A DNA stretch of 64,000 nt, taken from a virus (taxonomy: Duplodnaviria > Caudoviricetes). Below are positions 21,334 through 31,556 of the stretch, piece by piece (positions within the stretch are counted from its first letter, which is position 1; every line of letters begins with the position of its first letter). Below the pieces are notes generated by a model. The model saw only the letters and a program-made list of their open reading frames with translations. It made no database searches and had not been told where the DNA came from. The stretch covers positions 73,482 to 137,481 of IMG/VR virus record IMGVR_UViG_3300031992_000029; one strand, 5' to 3'. The translations under genes were made by a program, and so were the position numbers.

Positions 21334-21525
21334 TCACATTCCAACCCACTTTACTACATTCATAAAATGAACCCCTTTAAATTCAGACTCTTTGTCAAAG
21401 CTGACAATCAAAAGATTACCGTCATGTCCTTGCACTGTTCCAACCCTATCCTTACAGTCGCCTACGAGCACCATAATTCTATCTCCAACACTGTAGTCCA
21501 TTGGTTTCTTATGTCTATTAATCAT
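21334..21525 (-). CDS. KOW-motif small protein (no acidic tail)
   Basis: SVGDRIMVLVGDCKDRVGTV. Confidence 0.6.
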   Translation of the reverse strand: MINRHKKPMDYSVGDRIMVLVGDCKDRVGTVQGHDGNLLIVSFDKESEFKGVHFMNVVKWVGM

Positions 21526-21831
21526 TCATATCTCCTTTTCTTGCCTCTTTTCTCCATTTGTTTAGCATCGCATCAATCTGTCCGGCAGTAAACGTTGCAA
21601 ACTCAAAATCCATATCTCTTAGTTTTTTAATTTCTGCTTCAATCCATGTGATGGGTATTGCTTCAACCGCAGACATTTTTTGCACTGCATTTTTACAACT
21701 TCAATAACAACGCTGTTAAATAAATCTTCTGTATCTTCTCCTGTGGCAACAAAATCAACAAGCACATCACCGTCAATTAATTTCACCGTATTATATTCTC
21801 CTTTTGGCACACCCGTTTTATACATATATCA

Positions 21832-22113
21832 CTAATCAAACAAACTCCCTAATTCGTCTGGTTGAATTTCTTCATCATCATCTTCTTTTTCTGGATATAA
21901 TCCAATATATCTTTCGTCTATGATGACTTCTTTATATGCACCATCCTCGATGTTATCGAACCTAACACGATAATCAGGCGGAAGGCCGGATGTTCTATAT
22001 TGCTGTACTTCAATAACTACACCACAAGAATCACCATATTGTCTCTCGATAAAACCAGTTCTCATTTCACGTCTGAACTGTACAATATCTCCGACATTAT
22101 ACAATGGGCTCAT
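21832..22113 (-). CDS. KOW/SH3-like protein with acidic tail (dispersed)
   Basis: YNVGDIVQ...DEEIQPDELGSLFD. Confidence 0.75.
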   Translation of the reverse strand: MSPLYNVGDIVQFRREMRTGFIERQYGDSCGVVIEVQQYRTSGLPPDYRVRFDNIEDGAYKEVIIDERYIGLYPEKEDDDEEIQPDELGSLFD

Positions 22114-22319
22114 CCTCTAACGCCCTCCATAAACTTATGTTTCCACTTATCATAATTCAATGAATAATGTAAATCCTCACACACATGATCGAACTCAGAC
22201 TCCAGGATTCTCTCAAGTTGATCATAAGGTACTTTTATGAGATCTCTGACTGTTTCATATCCATACATATCGAGTATGTCTTTGTAGCTCTCTTCTACTT
22301 CATAATGTAAATAACTCAT
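22110..22319 (-). CDS. Hypothetical protein
   Basis: ORF with RBS. Confidence 0.6.
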   Translation of the reverse strand: MSYLHYEVEESYKDILDMYGYETVRDLIKVPYDQLERILESEFDHVCEDLHYSLNYDKWKHKFMEGVRG

Positions 22320-22642
22320 ACGTCTCCTTATTACAGGTTAAAATATCCTAGTGTACTTTGCACAACTGCTTACCGTGTATGGTTCACCATCTAATGTCTT
22401 TTCATGTTTGGTTTCACATTTAGGCGGCGTGTGCTTCCACCATAGTGTATAGCTACCGTCATCAAATACAACTAATGCAAACCTCCAGAATTCATGCTTT
22501 CCCGGGCACAAATTATTTGCGATAGCGCAAATTATTAAAGGAAACACAAACAAACACACCAATATAAAAATAACAACTGCAAACAGAATCTCCAAAATTA
22601 TGCCCTCCATAATATCTATTACATATATTCTATGTATACGTA

Positions 22643-22714
22643 GGCCGCCAGCGGGAGTCGAACCCGCAACCATCTGCTTACAGGGCAGATGCTCTACCAT
22701 TGAGCTACAACGGC
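22643..22714 (-). tRNA. tRNA-Thr(TGT)
   Basis: Cloverleaf, TCTGC-CCTGTAA-GCAGA. Confidence 0.9.
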
Positions 22715-22768
22715 ATATCGGCCCAGCCACTGTATACGCATACAATACCGTGACTGGCACCGCGTCTG

Positions 22769-23272
22769 TTAAATTTTATCAATGGCAGGTTTGATCTTTT
22801 TCAAGACACCAATTCCTGCAATCATCACAGCAGAATCAACTCCAAACGCTACTGCATTCTTGACAATTTTTACGGCAAACGGAATATGATATAAGAAACA
22901 TTCAATTCCAGTCTTAAAGATCAGCATACCAATTCCAACATACATTAGCACGGACAGCACTCTCTTCTTTGTGTCCTCTGTAAGATAGAACACTGCGCCA
23001 CATCCACAACCGATGATAAGATTAGCAACGAACCAGCTAATGCTAAATCCGTATGGAGAAAATAGAATACTTTCAAATCCGCATCCAACAGCACCTACAA
23101 ATCCAGCCCACGGACCAACCGTCCCACAAGCAATAGCGAGTGCGATATATCCCAGGTCGAGCGAGATAGCACCGATAAACGGAATCTTCATCATAGCACT
23201 AAGAGCGCAATACAATGCAGTAAGCAGTGCGATAGTAGTAAGTTTCTTTGTGTCAATTTTTTCTTTTAACAT
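22769..23272 (-). CDS. ECF transporter S-component
   Basis: TKKLTTIALLTAL, ISLDLGY, GPWAGFVG; about 6 TM segments; start reassigned to MLKEK. Confidence 0.8.
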   Translation of the reverse strand: MLKEKIDTKKLTTIALLTALYCALSAMMKIPFIGAISLDLGYIALAIACGTVGPWAGFVGAVGCGFESILFSPYGFSISWFVANLIIGCGCGAVFYLTEDTKKRVLSVLMYVGIGMLIFKTGIECFLYHIPFAVKIVKNAVAFGVDSAVMIAGIGVLKKIKPAIDKI

Positions 23273-23296
23273 AATACCTCCATTATTTTTACTAAA

Positions 23297-23370
23297 TCGG
23301 GATGACAGGATTTGAACCTGCGGCCTCTCGGACCCAAACCGAGCGTTCTTCCAAGCTGAACTACATCCCG
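23297..23370 (-). tRNA. tRNA-Pro(TGG)
   Basis: Cloverleaf, CTCGG-TTTGGGT-CCGAG. Confidence 0.9.
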
Positions 23371-23429
23371 TTATTAATGCCCCATTCGATATGCAACACA
23401 TGTTGCATATCATATGCCTTAGCATTTAA

Positions 23430-23511
23430 ACCGAACGGCGGGATTCGAACCCACATAAGTGCTTCCGTTGCAACCATTTTCCTCGTTTTACCAATGTTAA
23501 ACTACGTTCGG
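23430..23511 (-). ncRNA. tRNA-like RNA with non-canonical anticodon arm
   Basis: Intact acceptor (CCGAACG/CGTTCGG), D and T arms; the middle cannot form a 5-bp stem with 7-nt loop. Confidence 0.6.
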
Positions 23512-23513
23512 AA

Positions 23514-23619
23514 CTCAGACGGTGGGGTTCGAACCCACATTTTTTGATATATCAACCCAATGGCGTTACGGGTCTGGCGTTGCCAGCGTCCGGTCTTTTC
23601 AGTTAGACGACGTCTGAGT
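23514..23619 (-). ncRNA. tRNA-like RNA with expanded multi-hairpin centre
   Basis: Acceptor CTCAGACG/CGTCTGAG, T arm GTGGG-TTCGAAC-CCCAC, centre holds 2-3 small hairpins. Confidence 0.6.
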
Positions 23620-23738
23620 TTGCGGACAGAACCAATAAACTCCGCTGTGTGATTAACGGTTTCGTAACTGTGCTATTACGACCTATCAATCCGCTTTTCC
23701 TAACCTAAGTACACGCACACCTCAGTTAGTTTTGGAAG

Positions 23739-23820
23739 TGCTCCCACCGGGACTTGAACCCGGACGAAATTAATCATTGGAACCTAAATCCAACGCGTCT
23801 GCCAATTCCGCCATGAGAGC
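23739..23820 (-). tRNA. tRNA-Leu(TAG)
   Basis: Cloverleaf, TTGGA-TTTAGGT-TCCAA. Confidence 0.9.
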
Positions 23821-23824
23821 AGAG

Positions 23825-23896
23825 CGGGGCTAGTCGGGATCGAACCGACGCATCTAGGAGTCAAAGTCCCATGCCTTACCTCTTGGCTATAGCCCT
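23825..23896 (-). tRNA. tRNA-Gln(TTG)
   Basis: Cloverleaf, loop CT-TTG-AC. Confidence 0.88.
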
Positions 23897-23957
23897 TTGT
23901 AATGTTTATTTTTATATTGATATGATTTATGAGATGCCCGCTCTCGCGGGCAGCCCA

Positions 23958-24908
23958 TCAATCAAATGTAAGTTTCCAGTTATCGTAATCCTTTAGGTAG
24001 TCTCTGGCAATCTGTCTTTGTTTCGCCGCTAAAGTATTTCTACCAGAACTGAGATTATATGTTTTGCCTTTCATAAACTCTTCGGCTAGCCACATAAAGT
24101 CTGGCTCTACACCTGACATTTCAAGTTGATATGTCCTGTAGAATACTCCAGAGAGCCACGCTCTGAAGTAACTTAGCTTTATATTAGTCTTCTTATCAGT
24201 AATTGCGTTACGGTTTCTTCTTGATAACTCGGGTCTTATTGATGTTATTGTGGGTACACTTTTAATTCCTCTTAAAAGTATATTTCCGTCGCATCTTAAT
24301 CTCTTTATGTCGTCAGAATAATTTGGATGCATATAGATGAAGTAATACATATCCACACAGATTTTAAAAGCCTTCACACCCTCTCTGTATATTGGATATT
24401 CTTTATCACCGTGTCTTACTACCATATCGACAAAGTCGACCTCATCAGATGTTATCTTAAAAATCTCATCTTCGCTACATCCACCATATGCAAGCCAGTA
24501 AAAACACCTATAGATATTATCTATCGTTTTTGCAGATTCCTTCTCATAAATACTATCGAGAAATTTCTGCATATGGACAGGACTCGTTATCATTTGGGTC
24601 CTTATTTTATCCACTATATCTGGTGTAACGTTTAGCACACCCTCTGCAGCGCCTTCAACCCCGTGATCCAAACACCAACGACCATAAGAATGCAATATAG
24701 ACAACCTCATTCTATGACCGCTCGAACGTATCCCGACCATTCTACTAACTATGGGTTTTAATTCATCGCTTGTTTTTGTACAAAGATCAGCACCCCACTC
24801 ATCTTCGTATGGAGAGAAAATTCTAAATACCTCCAGACATGCTTCTCTTGTGTTAATGCTGCTAGTAACGTCGTCAATAAACTTTTTCTTTAATTCTTCG
24901 TTATACAT
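23958..24908 (-). CDS. Integrase-fold protein resembling the SPbeta MrpR (YopR) repressor family
   Basis: MYNEELKKKFI start, E..WGADL, LAYGG, SGVFY, YDNWK end; no intact RHRY tetrad visible. Confidence 0.6.
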   Translation of the reverse strand: MYNEELKKKFIDDVTSSINTREACLEVFRIFSPYEDEWGADLCTKTSDELKPIVSRMVGIRSSGHRMRLSILHSYGRWCLDHGVEGAAEGVLNVTPDIVDKIRTQMITSPVHMQKFLDSIYEKESAKTIDNIYRCFYWLAYGGCSEDEIFKITSDEVDFVDMVVRHGDKEYPIYREGVKAFKICVDMYYFIYMHPNYSDDIKRLRCDGNILLRGIKSVPTITSIRPELSRRNRNAITDKKTNIKLSYFRAWLSGVFYRTYQLEMSGVEPDFMWLAEEFMKGKTYNLSSGRNTLAAKQRQIARDYLKDYDNWKLTFD

Positions 24909-24920
24909 ATTACTGACTCC

Positions 24921-25355
24921 TTACTTATTCAGAGAAACAGCTTTTTGCCATACTTCGAAAAGAGTTTGAAAGTCTATAAACGATATCGCTGATGTAGCTA
25001 ATAAACTTGCAACTGCTATCTTTGCCATGTACTCGTCTGGTATCGTAGTTAGATAGGCGCCAATCTTTTCTTTTGACATTCTCTCTGGGTTTTCGCACAA
25101 CACCATACTGTCTTTTCTAAGGCCGGTCTCACTGGCTGGTAAGAATACGTGTGTTGGCTGGCTGAATTTCTTCAATGACGATGTCAATGGAAGTGCTATA
25201 ATGTTAGGACTGTGAACATTCCCGACGTTATTTTGAAAAACTAAGCCAGGACGCCATCCGCGTTGCTCACTTCCAGTACCACCAAAGTTCATCAAAAAGA
25301 CGTCGCCTATCAGTGGCTGTTTAAACATGCCGCTCATAGTGTCACATCCTTTCAT
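24921..25355 (-). CDS. MazF/PemK-family endoribonuclease
   Basis: GSEQRGWRPGLVFQNNVGN, LPLTS, GLRKDSMVLCE. Confidence 0.88.
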   Translation of the reverse strand: MKGCDTMSGMFKQPLIGDVFLMNFGGTGSEQRGWRPGLVFQNNVGNVHSPNIIALPLTSSLKKFSQPTHVFLPASETGLRKDSMVLCENPERMSKEKIGAYLTTIPDEYMAKIAVASLLATSAISFIDFQTLFEVWQKAVSLNK

Positions 25356-25367
25356 TCAGTTATATGT

Positions 25368-25396
25368 ATTATACCACACCAGACAGAAAATGTCAA
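25368..25396 (-). promoter_or_regulatory. SigmaA-type promoter upstream of the mazF-like gene
   Basis: TTGACA-17-TATAAT. Confidence 0.85.
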
Positions 25397-25414
25397 GACA
25401 AATATATATTTTAC

Positions 25415-25723
25415 TTAGCAAGCAATAAAAATATACTCGTCGTCATAAGCATCGGTGTCACTTTTACCGCATACTATTCTGATAGTCGTATCGATACTTC
25501 CCTCATCTACAAATATATGCTTTACCATCGCAACTTTTAAATAACTTCTTCCATTCTGAAATACGACTGCATCTGGAGATAAGGAAGTGATTACAGATTT
25601 GTATATCGAAACAATAGAAATATAGCTTCTGTCGAATTTTTCCTGGTTCTGTGTGGCATACCTGTATGTAAGAAATTTTCTTTCATCACAATATTTCTTG
25701 AATTCAGTGATTGTACAATGCAA
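25415..25723 (-). CDS. Hypothetical protein
   Basis: ORF with RBS. Confidence 0.6.
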   Translation of the reverse strand: MHCTITEFKKYCDERKFLTYRYATQNQEKFDRSYISIVSIYKSVITSLSPDAVVFQNGRSYLKVAMVKHIFVDEGSIDTTIRIVCGKSDTDAYDDEYIFIAC

Positions 25724-25897
25724 AACTACATTCCTCCGTTGACTATTTAAGTAAGCGATGCTACAATACAGTCAGGTCTATATTGTGTTTCTAGACCTGA
25801 GCTGTACTGCAGCTCGAAACACGAACTGCTTTGTGTGTTGTGCAGTCGTGCTTTCATGTTCTTCGCGGGGGCTGAAATACGCCCCCGCTACTCTTTT

Positions 25898-25926
25898 ATA
25901 TTATCACGAACATAAGTTTGTGTCAA
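25898..25926 (-). promoter_or_regulatory. SigmaA promoter overlapped by a LexA (Cheo-type) box
   Basis: TTGACA-17-TAATAT with TG extension; CGAACATAAGTTTG (GAAC-N4-GTTT) at 25907-25920 in the spacer. Confidence 0.6.
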
Positions 25927-25929
25927 CAC

Positions 25930-26532
25930 TTATCGAACCTTAATACACGGGTGGATCATTCTTTCCCACTTAAACATTGCTCTATGCGGGGCATCCTTAT
26001 TATATTCTGTAAGGTATGTGGCCTCAGACCCTTTGCATATAACGACTCTGTCTGTAATACCATGTTTCTTCAGTTGCTCGCCAACCCACCACATTGTTTG
26101 AGAAAAAACAATATCGTCTACGATGCGATCACTTGAATATTTATAGTTTACAGTTATGATCCCCCTTTTCGCCACCATTTCAGGTAGCTTTCCGCTGTTA
26201 TACGACATAATAATCATGTAACATAATGTAGGAATATAAGAAGCTCCTGGAGGAGGATATTCACGTCCTCTATACCATGCAACAGACGGGCAAATAATAT
26301 CCCTCGCGTCGTTCCATAGTTGTTTATATCCTCCGTTTTGATTGTAATACTCCTTTAATTTCCTCTCGTATTTGACGTCCACGACGTCTCGAATCCACGT
26401 ATTAACATTATTACTGTATAAAGATGCATTAATTTTAATCTCTTGATCCCTATTCTTTACATCTCTATACTCACACATCATTCTTACAAGTATATAAGGA
26501 ACACCAATCAGAGCTATAAAAAACTCAAACAT
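25930..26532 (-). CDS. Hypothetical protein with N-terminal TM anchor
   Basis: MFEFFIALIGVPYILV. Confidence 0.65.
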   Translation of the reverse strand: MFEFFIALIGVPYILVRMMCEYRDVKNRDQEIKINASLYSNNVNTWIRDVVDVKYERKLKEYYNQNGGYKQLWNDARDIICPSVAWYRGREYPPPGASYIPTLCYMIIMSYNSGKLPEMVAKRGIITVNYKYSSDRIVDDIVFSQTMWWVGEQLKKHGITDRVVICKGSEATYLTEYNKDAPHRAMFKWERMIHPCIKVR

Positions 26533-26534
26533 GG

Positions 26535-26795
26535 TTACGTCCTCGTATTCTTAGCCTCAACGATATAATCTATTGCATTTTGAAGACTGCTAATTGCATC
26601 TTCTAACTCATTAACTGCACTGTCCATACTATCAATAGCATCTTCCATCGCCATCCCACGAACAGATTCCTGAATGGTAGGCGGATAATTATCAAAGCAG
26701 TCCTGCTCATCATCCATTACATCTTCAACAATATCTTTTGCCTGCTCTATTATTGGAATTGCTCTTTCTAGTCTTGCTCTCTTCTTCTGATTCAA
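26535..26795 (-). CDS. Small coiled-coil phage protein
   Basis: EQDCFDNYP..IQES.RG..MEDA. Confidence 0.7.
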   Translation of the reverse strand: MNQKKRARLERAIPIIEQAKDIVEDVMDDEQDCFDNYPPTIQESVRGMAMEDAIDSMDSAVNELEDAISSLQNAIDYIVEAKNTRT

Positions 26796-26801
26796 TAAAC
26801 C

Positions 26802-27170
26802 TCACTTCCTCTCCCATATACTGGGAAACGAGAACTCGATTTTAAGAGTGTCTCCTTTGTCGACATTCTTATATGATACTTTATTGGCTACCTTCATGAT
26901 AACAAGCATCTTATTATCTTTCCCGTACACATTAGCTTTCCTTGTGTCAATTTCAATTCCATCACACAGGAAAGACATCTTAATATCGAGTGTTGAACGG
27001 TCGACACTAACAGTTAGATCGCTAAGACAGAAGTCGTCGCATAACTTATCAAGTGTATCGCATACACGCATGAAATCATGTAACAAATCTTCTTTTACAA
27101 CGTAGTTATCTCCGACATCAAGTCTCTCTTTTGCAATATCAAAGCATCTTCCCATGTCAAATACCTCCAT
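26802..27170 (-). CDS. Hypothetical protein
   Basis: ORF in the operon. Confidence 0.65.
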   Translation of the reverse strand: MEVFDMGRCFDIAKERLDVGDNYVVKEDLLHDFMRVCDTLDKLCDDFCLSDLTVSVDRSTLDIKMSFLCDGIEIDTRKANVYGKDNKMLVIMKVANKVSYKNVDKGDTLKIEFSFPSIWERK

Positions 27171-27525
27171 CAGAAGCGGGTCTGGCGAACCCGTGATACG
27201 CTATATCTAACACAGTATTACCGTTTGTCTGAAGAGAAACCTCGATATTCGATGCCATCTTAATCAATTCTACAAACGCAACGGTGTCTACGATCTCAAT
27301 ATTTCTGCCGGTTAGCGTTATATATGCCATGCTTTTAAACGGTTTAAACATCCCGCTCGTTACCATAGCACCTCTTACACACTTACCAATGTTGTCTAAA
27401 GTGTAACGAAACACCGCCAACTTTTCAGGAACTGCAACATAGTTCGCGCTCTCTTCTTTCTTAAGCGCATCTTTATGCGCATTTATGAAAGATTCGAGCG
27501 ACTGGTCAATAGAATTAGTACACAT
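27157..27525 (-). CDS. Hypothetical protein
   Basis: ORF with RBS. Confidence 0.65.
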   Translation of the reverse strand: MCTNSIDQSLESFINAHKDALKKEESANYVAVPEKLAVFRYTLDNIGKCVRGAMVTSGMFKPFKSMAYITLTGRNIEIVDTVAFVELIKMASNIEVSLQTNGNTVLDIAYHGFARPASDGGI

Positions 27526-27571
27526 AACACCACTCCTTTCTGGATATTCAGTTGTATTTTAACACGAGTTA

Positions 27572-28750
27572 CTACATAATTCCATTTGACATTGAAATCA
27601 ATCGCAACGCGTTCTTAGCAATTATACTTGCACCATTTCGAATCTCCTCTACACTTGTATACTTAGATACAGATACTCTAATTGTATTTCTCGCCTGATC
27701 GTCAGTAAGCCCCATAGATGTCAATACATAACTAGGTTCTTGCTCTGAACTTCTGCACGCAGATCCAGCTGATATATATACACCGTCTATCGAGCTAAGA
27801 ATAACCATTGTCTCGGCGTCAACTCCGTCAATCCTGACGCTTAACGTTTTTCCAAACTGATCAAGATTATCGCAGTTAAGATGTAGTCTATCTAATAAAC
27901 CAACGTCAGCAAACTCCTTTTGAATTACAGCCCACATCAATCTCTTTCTTGATTTTATCTGACTAAATGTGTTTTCTTCGTTTGAGTTAATAATATCGCA
28001 CGCCTTACCTAGCCCAACAATTCCAGGAACATTTTCCGTTCCTCCTCTATATCCAAATTCCTGTGAATGACCGCCATATATCATCGGACTGAACGGGAAT
28101 CTGCTTAAATCTTTTACGTATAGCGCTCCGACACCCTTAGGGCCGTGAATCTTATGAGCCGAAATTGAAGCTGAATCACAAAACTCACTGACGTTTAACT
28201 TTAAACATCCAGCTGCCTGTACACAATCAGAATGTACCCATATTCCTTTATCTTTGCACAGATTATATATATCGCGAACCGGCTGTATCATTCCAGTTTC
28301 GTTGTTCATATACATCGCAGAAACAAAACCAAATGATCCAGTCTCAATATCTCTATAGAACTCGTCCATATCAATAACGCCAGCCTCGTTAACACCAAGC
28401 ATCTTTATTTTATCTGTTGATGTTGGACCCCAGTCAGGCGTTATTCCCGCTGATCTCAAAATAGAATCATGCTCTATACGTGAAATGAGCATTTTATTCT
28501 GTGTTTTAACGAACGATTTTACGATTGTATTGTTAGATTCGGTTCCTCCTGACGTAAAAATAATGTTTTCCGGGTTCGCTCCCATGAAATCAGCGACTCT
28601 TTTTCTCGCATTTTCAACCGCATCCTTAGCGTTTATGCCAAGTCCATACGTTGTTCCCGGATTACCATACTCATCTTTTAAATATGGCATCATTTCTTCT
28701 AAAACTTCTTCTGCCATCCTCGTTGTGGATGCGTTATCAAGATAAATCAT
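27572..28750 (-). CDS. iscS: Cysteine desulfurase (NifS/IscS family)
   Basis: IYLDNASTT, FTSGGTESNN, NNETG, SAHKIHGPKG, RGGTENV, SAGSAC. Confidence 0.93.
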   Translation of the reverse strand: MIYLDNASTTRMAEEVLEEMMPYLKDEYGNPGTTYGLGINAKDAVENARKRVADFMGANPENIIFTSGGTESNNTIVKSFVKTQNKMLISRIEHDSILRSAGITPDWGPTSTDKIKMLGVNEAGVIDMDEFYRDIETGSFGFVSAMYMNNETGMIQPVRDIYNLCKDKGIWVHSDCVQAAGCLKLNVSEFCDSASISAHKIHGPKGVGALYVKDLSRFPFSPMIYGGHSQEFGYRGGTENVPGIVGLGKACDIINSNEENTFSQIKSRKRLMWAVIQKEFADVGLLDRLHLNCDNLDQFGKTLSVRIDGVDAETMVILSSIDGVYISAGSACRSSEQEPSYVLTSMGLTDDQARNTIRVSVSKYTSVEEIRNGASIIAKNALRLISMSNGIM

Positions 28751-29610
28751 TTAAATTCCTTTTTCGCGTCGTACTTATCTTCGGTATTTTTATGAAACTC
28801 ATAAACTTCCCTTATATGAGCATCTCTACTGATAGATGACGCACTTGCGCCCTCAGTTATAAAAACCCAGTCAAAACCACAAGTACTGCACAGCCTTCTA
28901 ACCTGGTCTACTAATTCTCTTCCGGTCATATTCTTAAATCATTCCTCGCTTTACCATCTCTTTTAGTACAATTACAAAGAAAACGGATATAATGCCGCAG
29001 AGGTAACCAACATCATACTTACTTTTATTATCAAAATCCAGTAATGATATAAGTGCATATAGAGCAGCAAAAAATATTGCAAGAACCATTACAATAAAAG
29101 CAATTCTATTTATAATTACTTGCATTAATTACATCCAATGAGTTCAAAAAAGACATACATAAAAGCAACCGATGCCACACCAGACAGATACCCAACAGAA
29201 TAATCAATAGACCGTATGAATAATAATGCCACAGCAAACGACGTAGCGACAAAAATCAGCATTAAAATAGCAGTTACAACTTCACAAAATGTTTTCATTT
29301 CTTTCTCACTAAATCATATATGAATCGCATATTTTTCTTATCTTATTCGATAATTCATTACTAACAGTCGGCATCCATAAAAATACTTCCGTAAAACGCT
29401 CCAAGGTATCTGGCTATACACTTTCCAATCTCGTCAAGATTGTTTACCGGATACTCTCCGCCGCTACCATTCTCTCCGCATACCCAAAGGCATTTCTCGC
29501 CGTCATCATTAGTATATATCTCAAACTCAAATTCGTAATTTTTATCCATGTTTATTCTTATACCATCCCTCTACTAAACATTGTTGCAGTTATTACTTAT
29601 GCCCTCATAA

Positions 29611-29754
29611 AATGGCGGCAGGGATTTTCACCCTGCATAACCCGTGCACTGGTCAGCTTGTACGGACTCGAACCGCTTGGGCAGCGCAACCCTGAGTCTT
29701 TAACTTACTGCCCGTCTCTCACATCGCCGCGTCTACATATTCCGCCACACCATT
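29611..29754 (-). ncRNA. Long tRNA-like RNA (Leu-type D arm and T arm enclosing a ~90-nt insert)
   Basis: Acceptor AATGGTG/CGCCATT, GGCGGAATATGTAGACGC, GCAGGGTGAAAATCCCTGC; internal GGGCAG/CTGCCC stem and a second TTCGAG loop. Confidence 0.6.
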
Positions 29755-29759
29755 TATAA

Positions 29760-30230
29760 TCACTTACAAAGAAATGCGGCGAGTAAATCCTGTAAATTCT
29801 TGATGTCTTCTGGGCTGTCGATATCAACACTACCGATTTCAATTTTTACAGCGTCTTCACTGTCTTCATCTTCGCCGCACTCGCAACCTTCGCAGTCTGG
29901 ACGATCGACCATTTCTCCGTCGATATCACCGTTAAGTAAAGACATTTCTTTTGCAATAGCATCAAACGATTCCTTGCCGTTCTCAATAGCGTAATCCACG
30001 AATCCAACGTCGTCCTTATCAGAGTAAGGAATCACACCGTTCACCTCACCGAATGCAGCGATCGCAATGCAAATACCGTCAATAATTCCTGAGTGGTACA
30101 CATCTAACTCCTTAGCCTTATTCGTAGCCTCAAAGACAAACGCCTTCTCGATTGTAAGAAGCGCATCAATAAACTCACAGGCGCTCTCAGGGGTGTATGC
30201 ATTATGTGCATAATAATTCTTTTCTACCAT
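29760..30230 (-). CDS. Acidic hypothetical protein
   Basis: 156-aa ORF with RBS. Confidence 0.65.
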   Translation of the reverse strand: MVEKNYYAHNAYTPESACEFIDALLTIEKAFVFEATNKAKELDVYHSGIIDGICIAIAAFGEVNGVIPYSDKDDVGFVDYAIENGKESFDAIAKEMSLLNGDIDGEMVDRPDCEGCECGEDEDSEDAVKIEIGSVDIDSPEDIKNLQDLLAAFLCK

Positions 30231-30589
30231 ATTATCTCCTTTTATATATTAAATTATTAGTTACCTATTATTTAAGTAGATTTCAGCTTTATCAGTAAGA
30301 ATGTATACAGCATCGTAATCATCGCCGAACTCAACATTGTCCAAAAAATCCTGTCTCATGCTATCAATATCATCTTTATTGAATTGAGCAACACATTTTC
30401 TTTTAACACCATATTCGTCAACGAGATCTATCTCCATCCTCATCGACCCAGATCCTTCTGGAATCTTCATTATGATTCCCATATTAGCTTCGATTTGCAT
30501 ATTTATACATATTTCTCCTTATTCATCTGAATAAATATACCCAATAAACGAGATAGTTAAAATAATAATAACAAGCGATATTCCTATGG

Positions 30590-30655
30590 CATATGCCAAT
30601 GATGTCAGATCATTGTTCATCTCATACGCCAATGATGTCAGATCATTGTTCATCT
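30590..30655. repeat. 33-bp tandem duplication (in frame, MNNDLTSLAY x2, in a small membrane ORF ~30504-30653)
   Basis: CATAYGCCAATGATGTCAGATCATTGTTCATCT x2. Confidence 0.85.
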
Positions 30656-31014
30656 TCGCCCCCGGATACTTTTATCAGGTCGCCGCTCCAGAAAAGCCAG
30701 GTAGGTTCTTCCTCGAAGCTAACCATATTCTTTCCCTCTACCCTCGCCGTAAAGACCTTATCACCATTGTTTTCTACGAATTCCTTATACTTCTCATTCA
30801 TATCTGGATAACTTCTTCTTGACTTTACAAGAGACACATCCATCATGACCTTGTCTCCGCTGTTGATTTCCTGAGGATCAGAGTGATCCTTGATAACTTT
30901 CTTTGCAGCCGCTCTTAACTTAAGTTCACTAAGAATTCTTTTCGGATCATGTGGGTCAGGACTACGCTTCCTGAACTTTTCATTCCTTCTTTCTTCTCTG
31001 TTCATGCCGTTCAT
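30643..31014 (-). CDS. Hypothetical protein
   Basis: ORF track. Confidence 0.6.
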   Translation of the reverse strand: MNGMNREERRNEKFRKRSPDPHDPKRILSELKLRAAAKKVIKDHSDPQEINSGDKVMMDVSLVKSRRSYPDMNEKYKEFVENNGDKVFTARVEGKNMVSFEEEPTWLFWSGDLIKVSGGEDEQ

Positions 31015-31166
31015 ACTCCTTTGTATTATTTTTTGTATCTTGTTTGTTCATATTGGACAAACAAGTTTGAAAATTATCATCGCCGCATCCATCGCACACG
31101 GTGTGATAATACCAGCACATATCTTTATACTGCTCATTATTAATGTAGTACTCACACATATCTATG

Positions 31167-31547
31167 CTATTTAAGTTTTTCAATGTACATGACATTACTA
31201 AGTCCGGTTGTTATTCTATATACTCCGTCTGACGTTACAATACGCACGCATCCTTCGTAGAACGTAAACGACTTTGCATTAACGTTTATTATTTCACCGT
31301 CTAAATCCTTCACACGGACTAGATTAGAGAAGTGTTCATAGTACTCTCGCGGCTTATATGATATTCCTTGCTCGTTTTCTTTCTCATAATCAAGTAAATC
31401 ATATAGATCTATATGTTCTTTGTCGTCTGAGATACCGCTTTTATTTTCGCTCGTATTACTAGAAACTCCGCCGCATCCGGCTCCGTACATCACAGTTGCT
31501 ATAACTACGCACAACAGCAGAAACACGTTAAACCTTTTTGTCCCCAT
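31167..31547 (-). CDS. Putative lipoprotein
   Basis: Signal peptide with GAGC lipobox-like motif. Confidence 0.6.
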   Translation of the reverse strand: MGTKRFNVFLLLCVVIATVMYGAGCGGVSSNTSENKSGISDDKEHIDLYDLLDYEKENEQGISYKPREYYEHFSNLVRVKDLDGEIINVNAKSFTFYEGCVRIVTSDGVYRITTGLSNVMYIEKLK

Positions 31548-31556
31548 AAACCTCCG

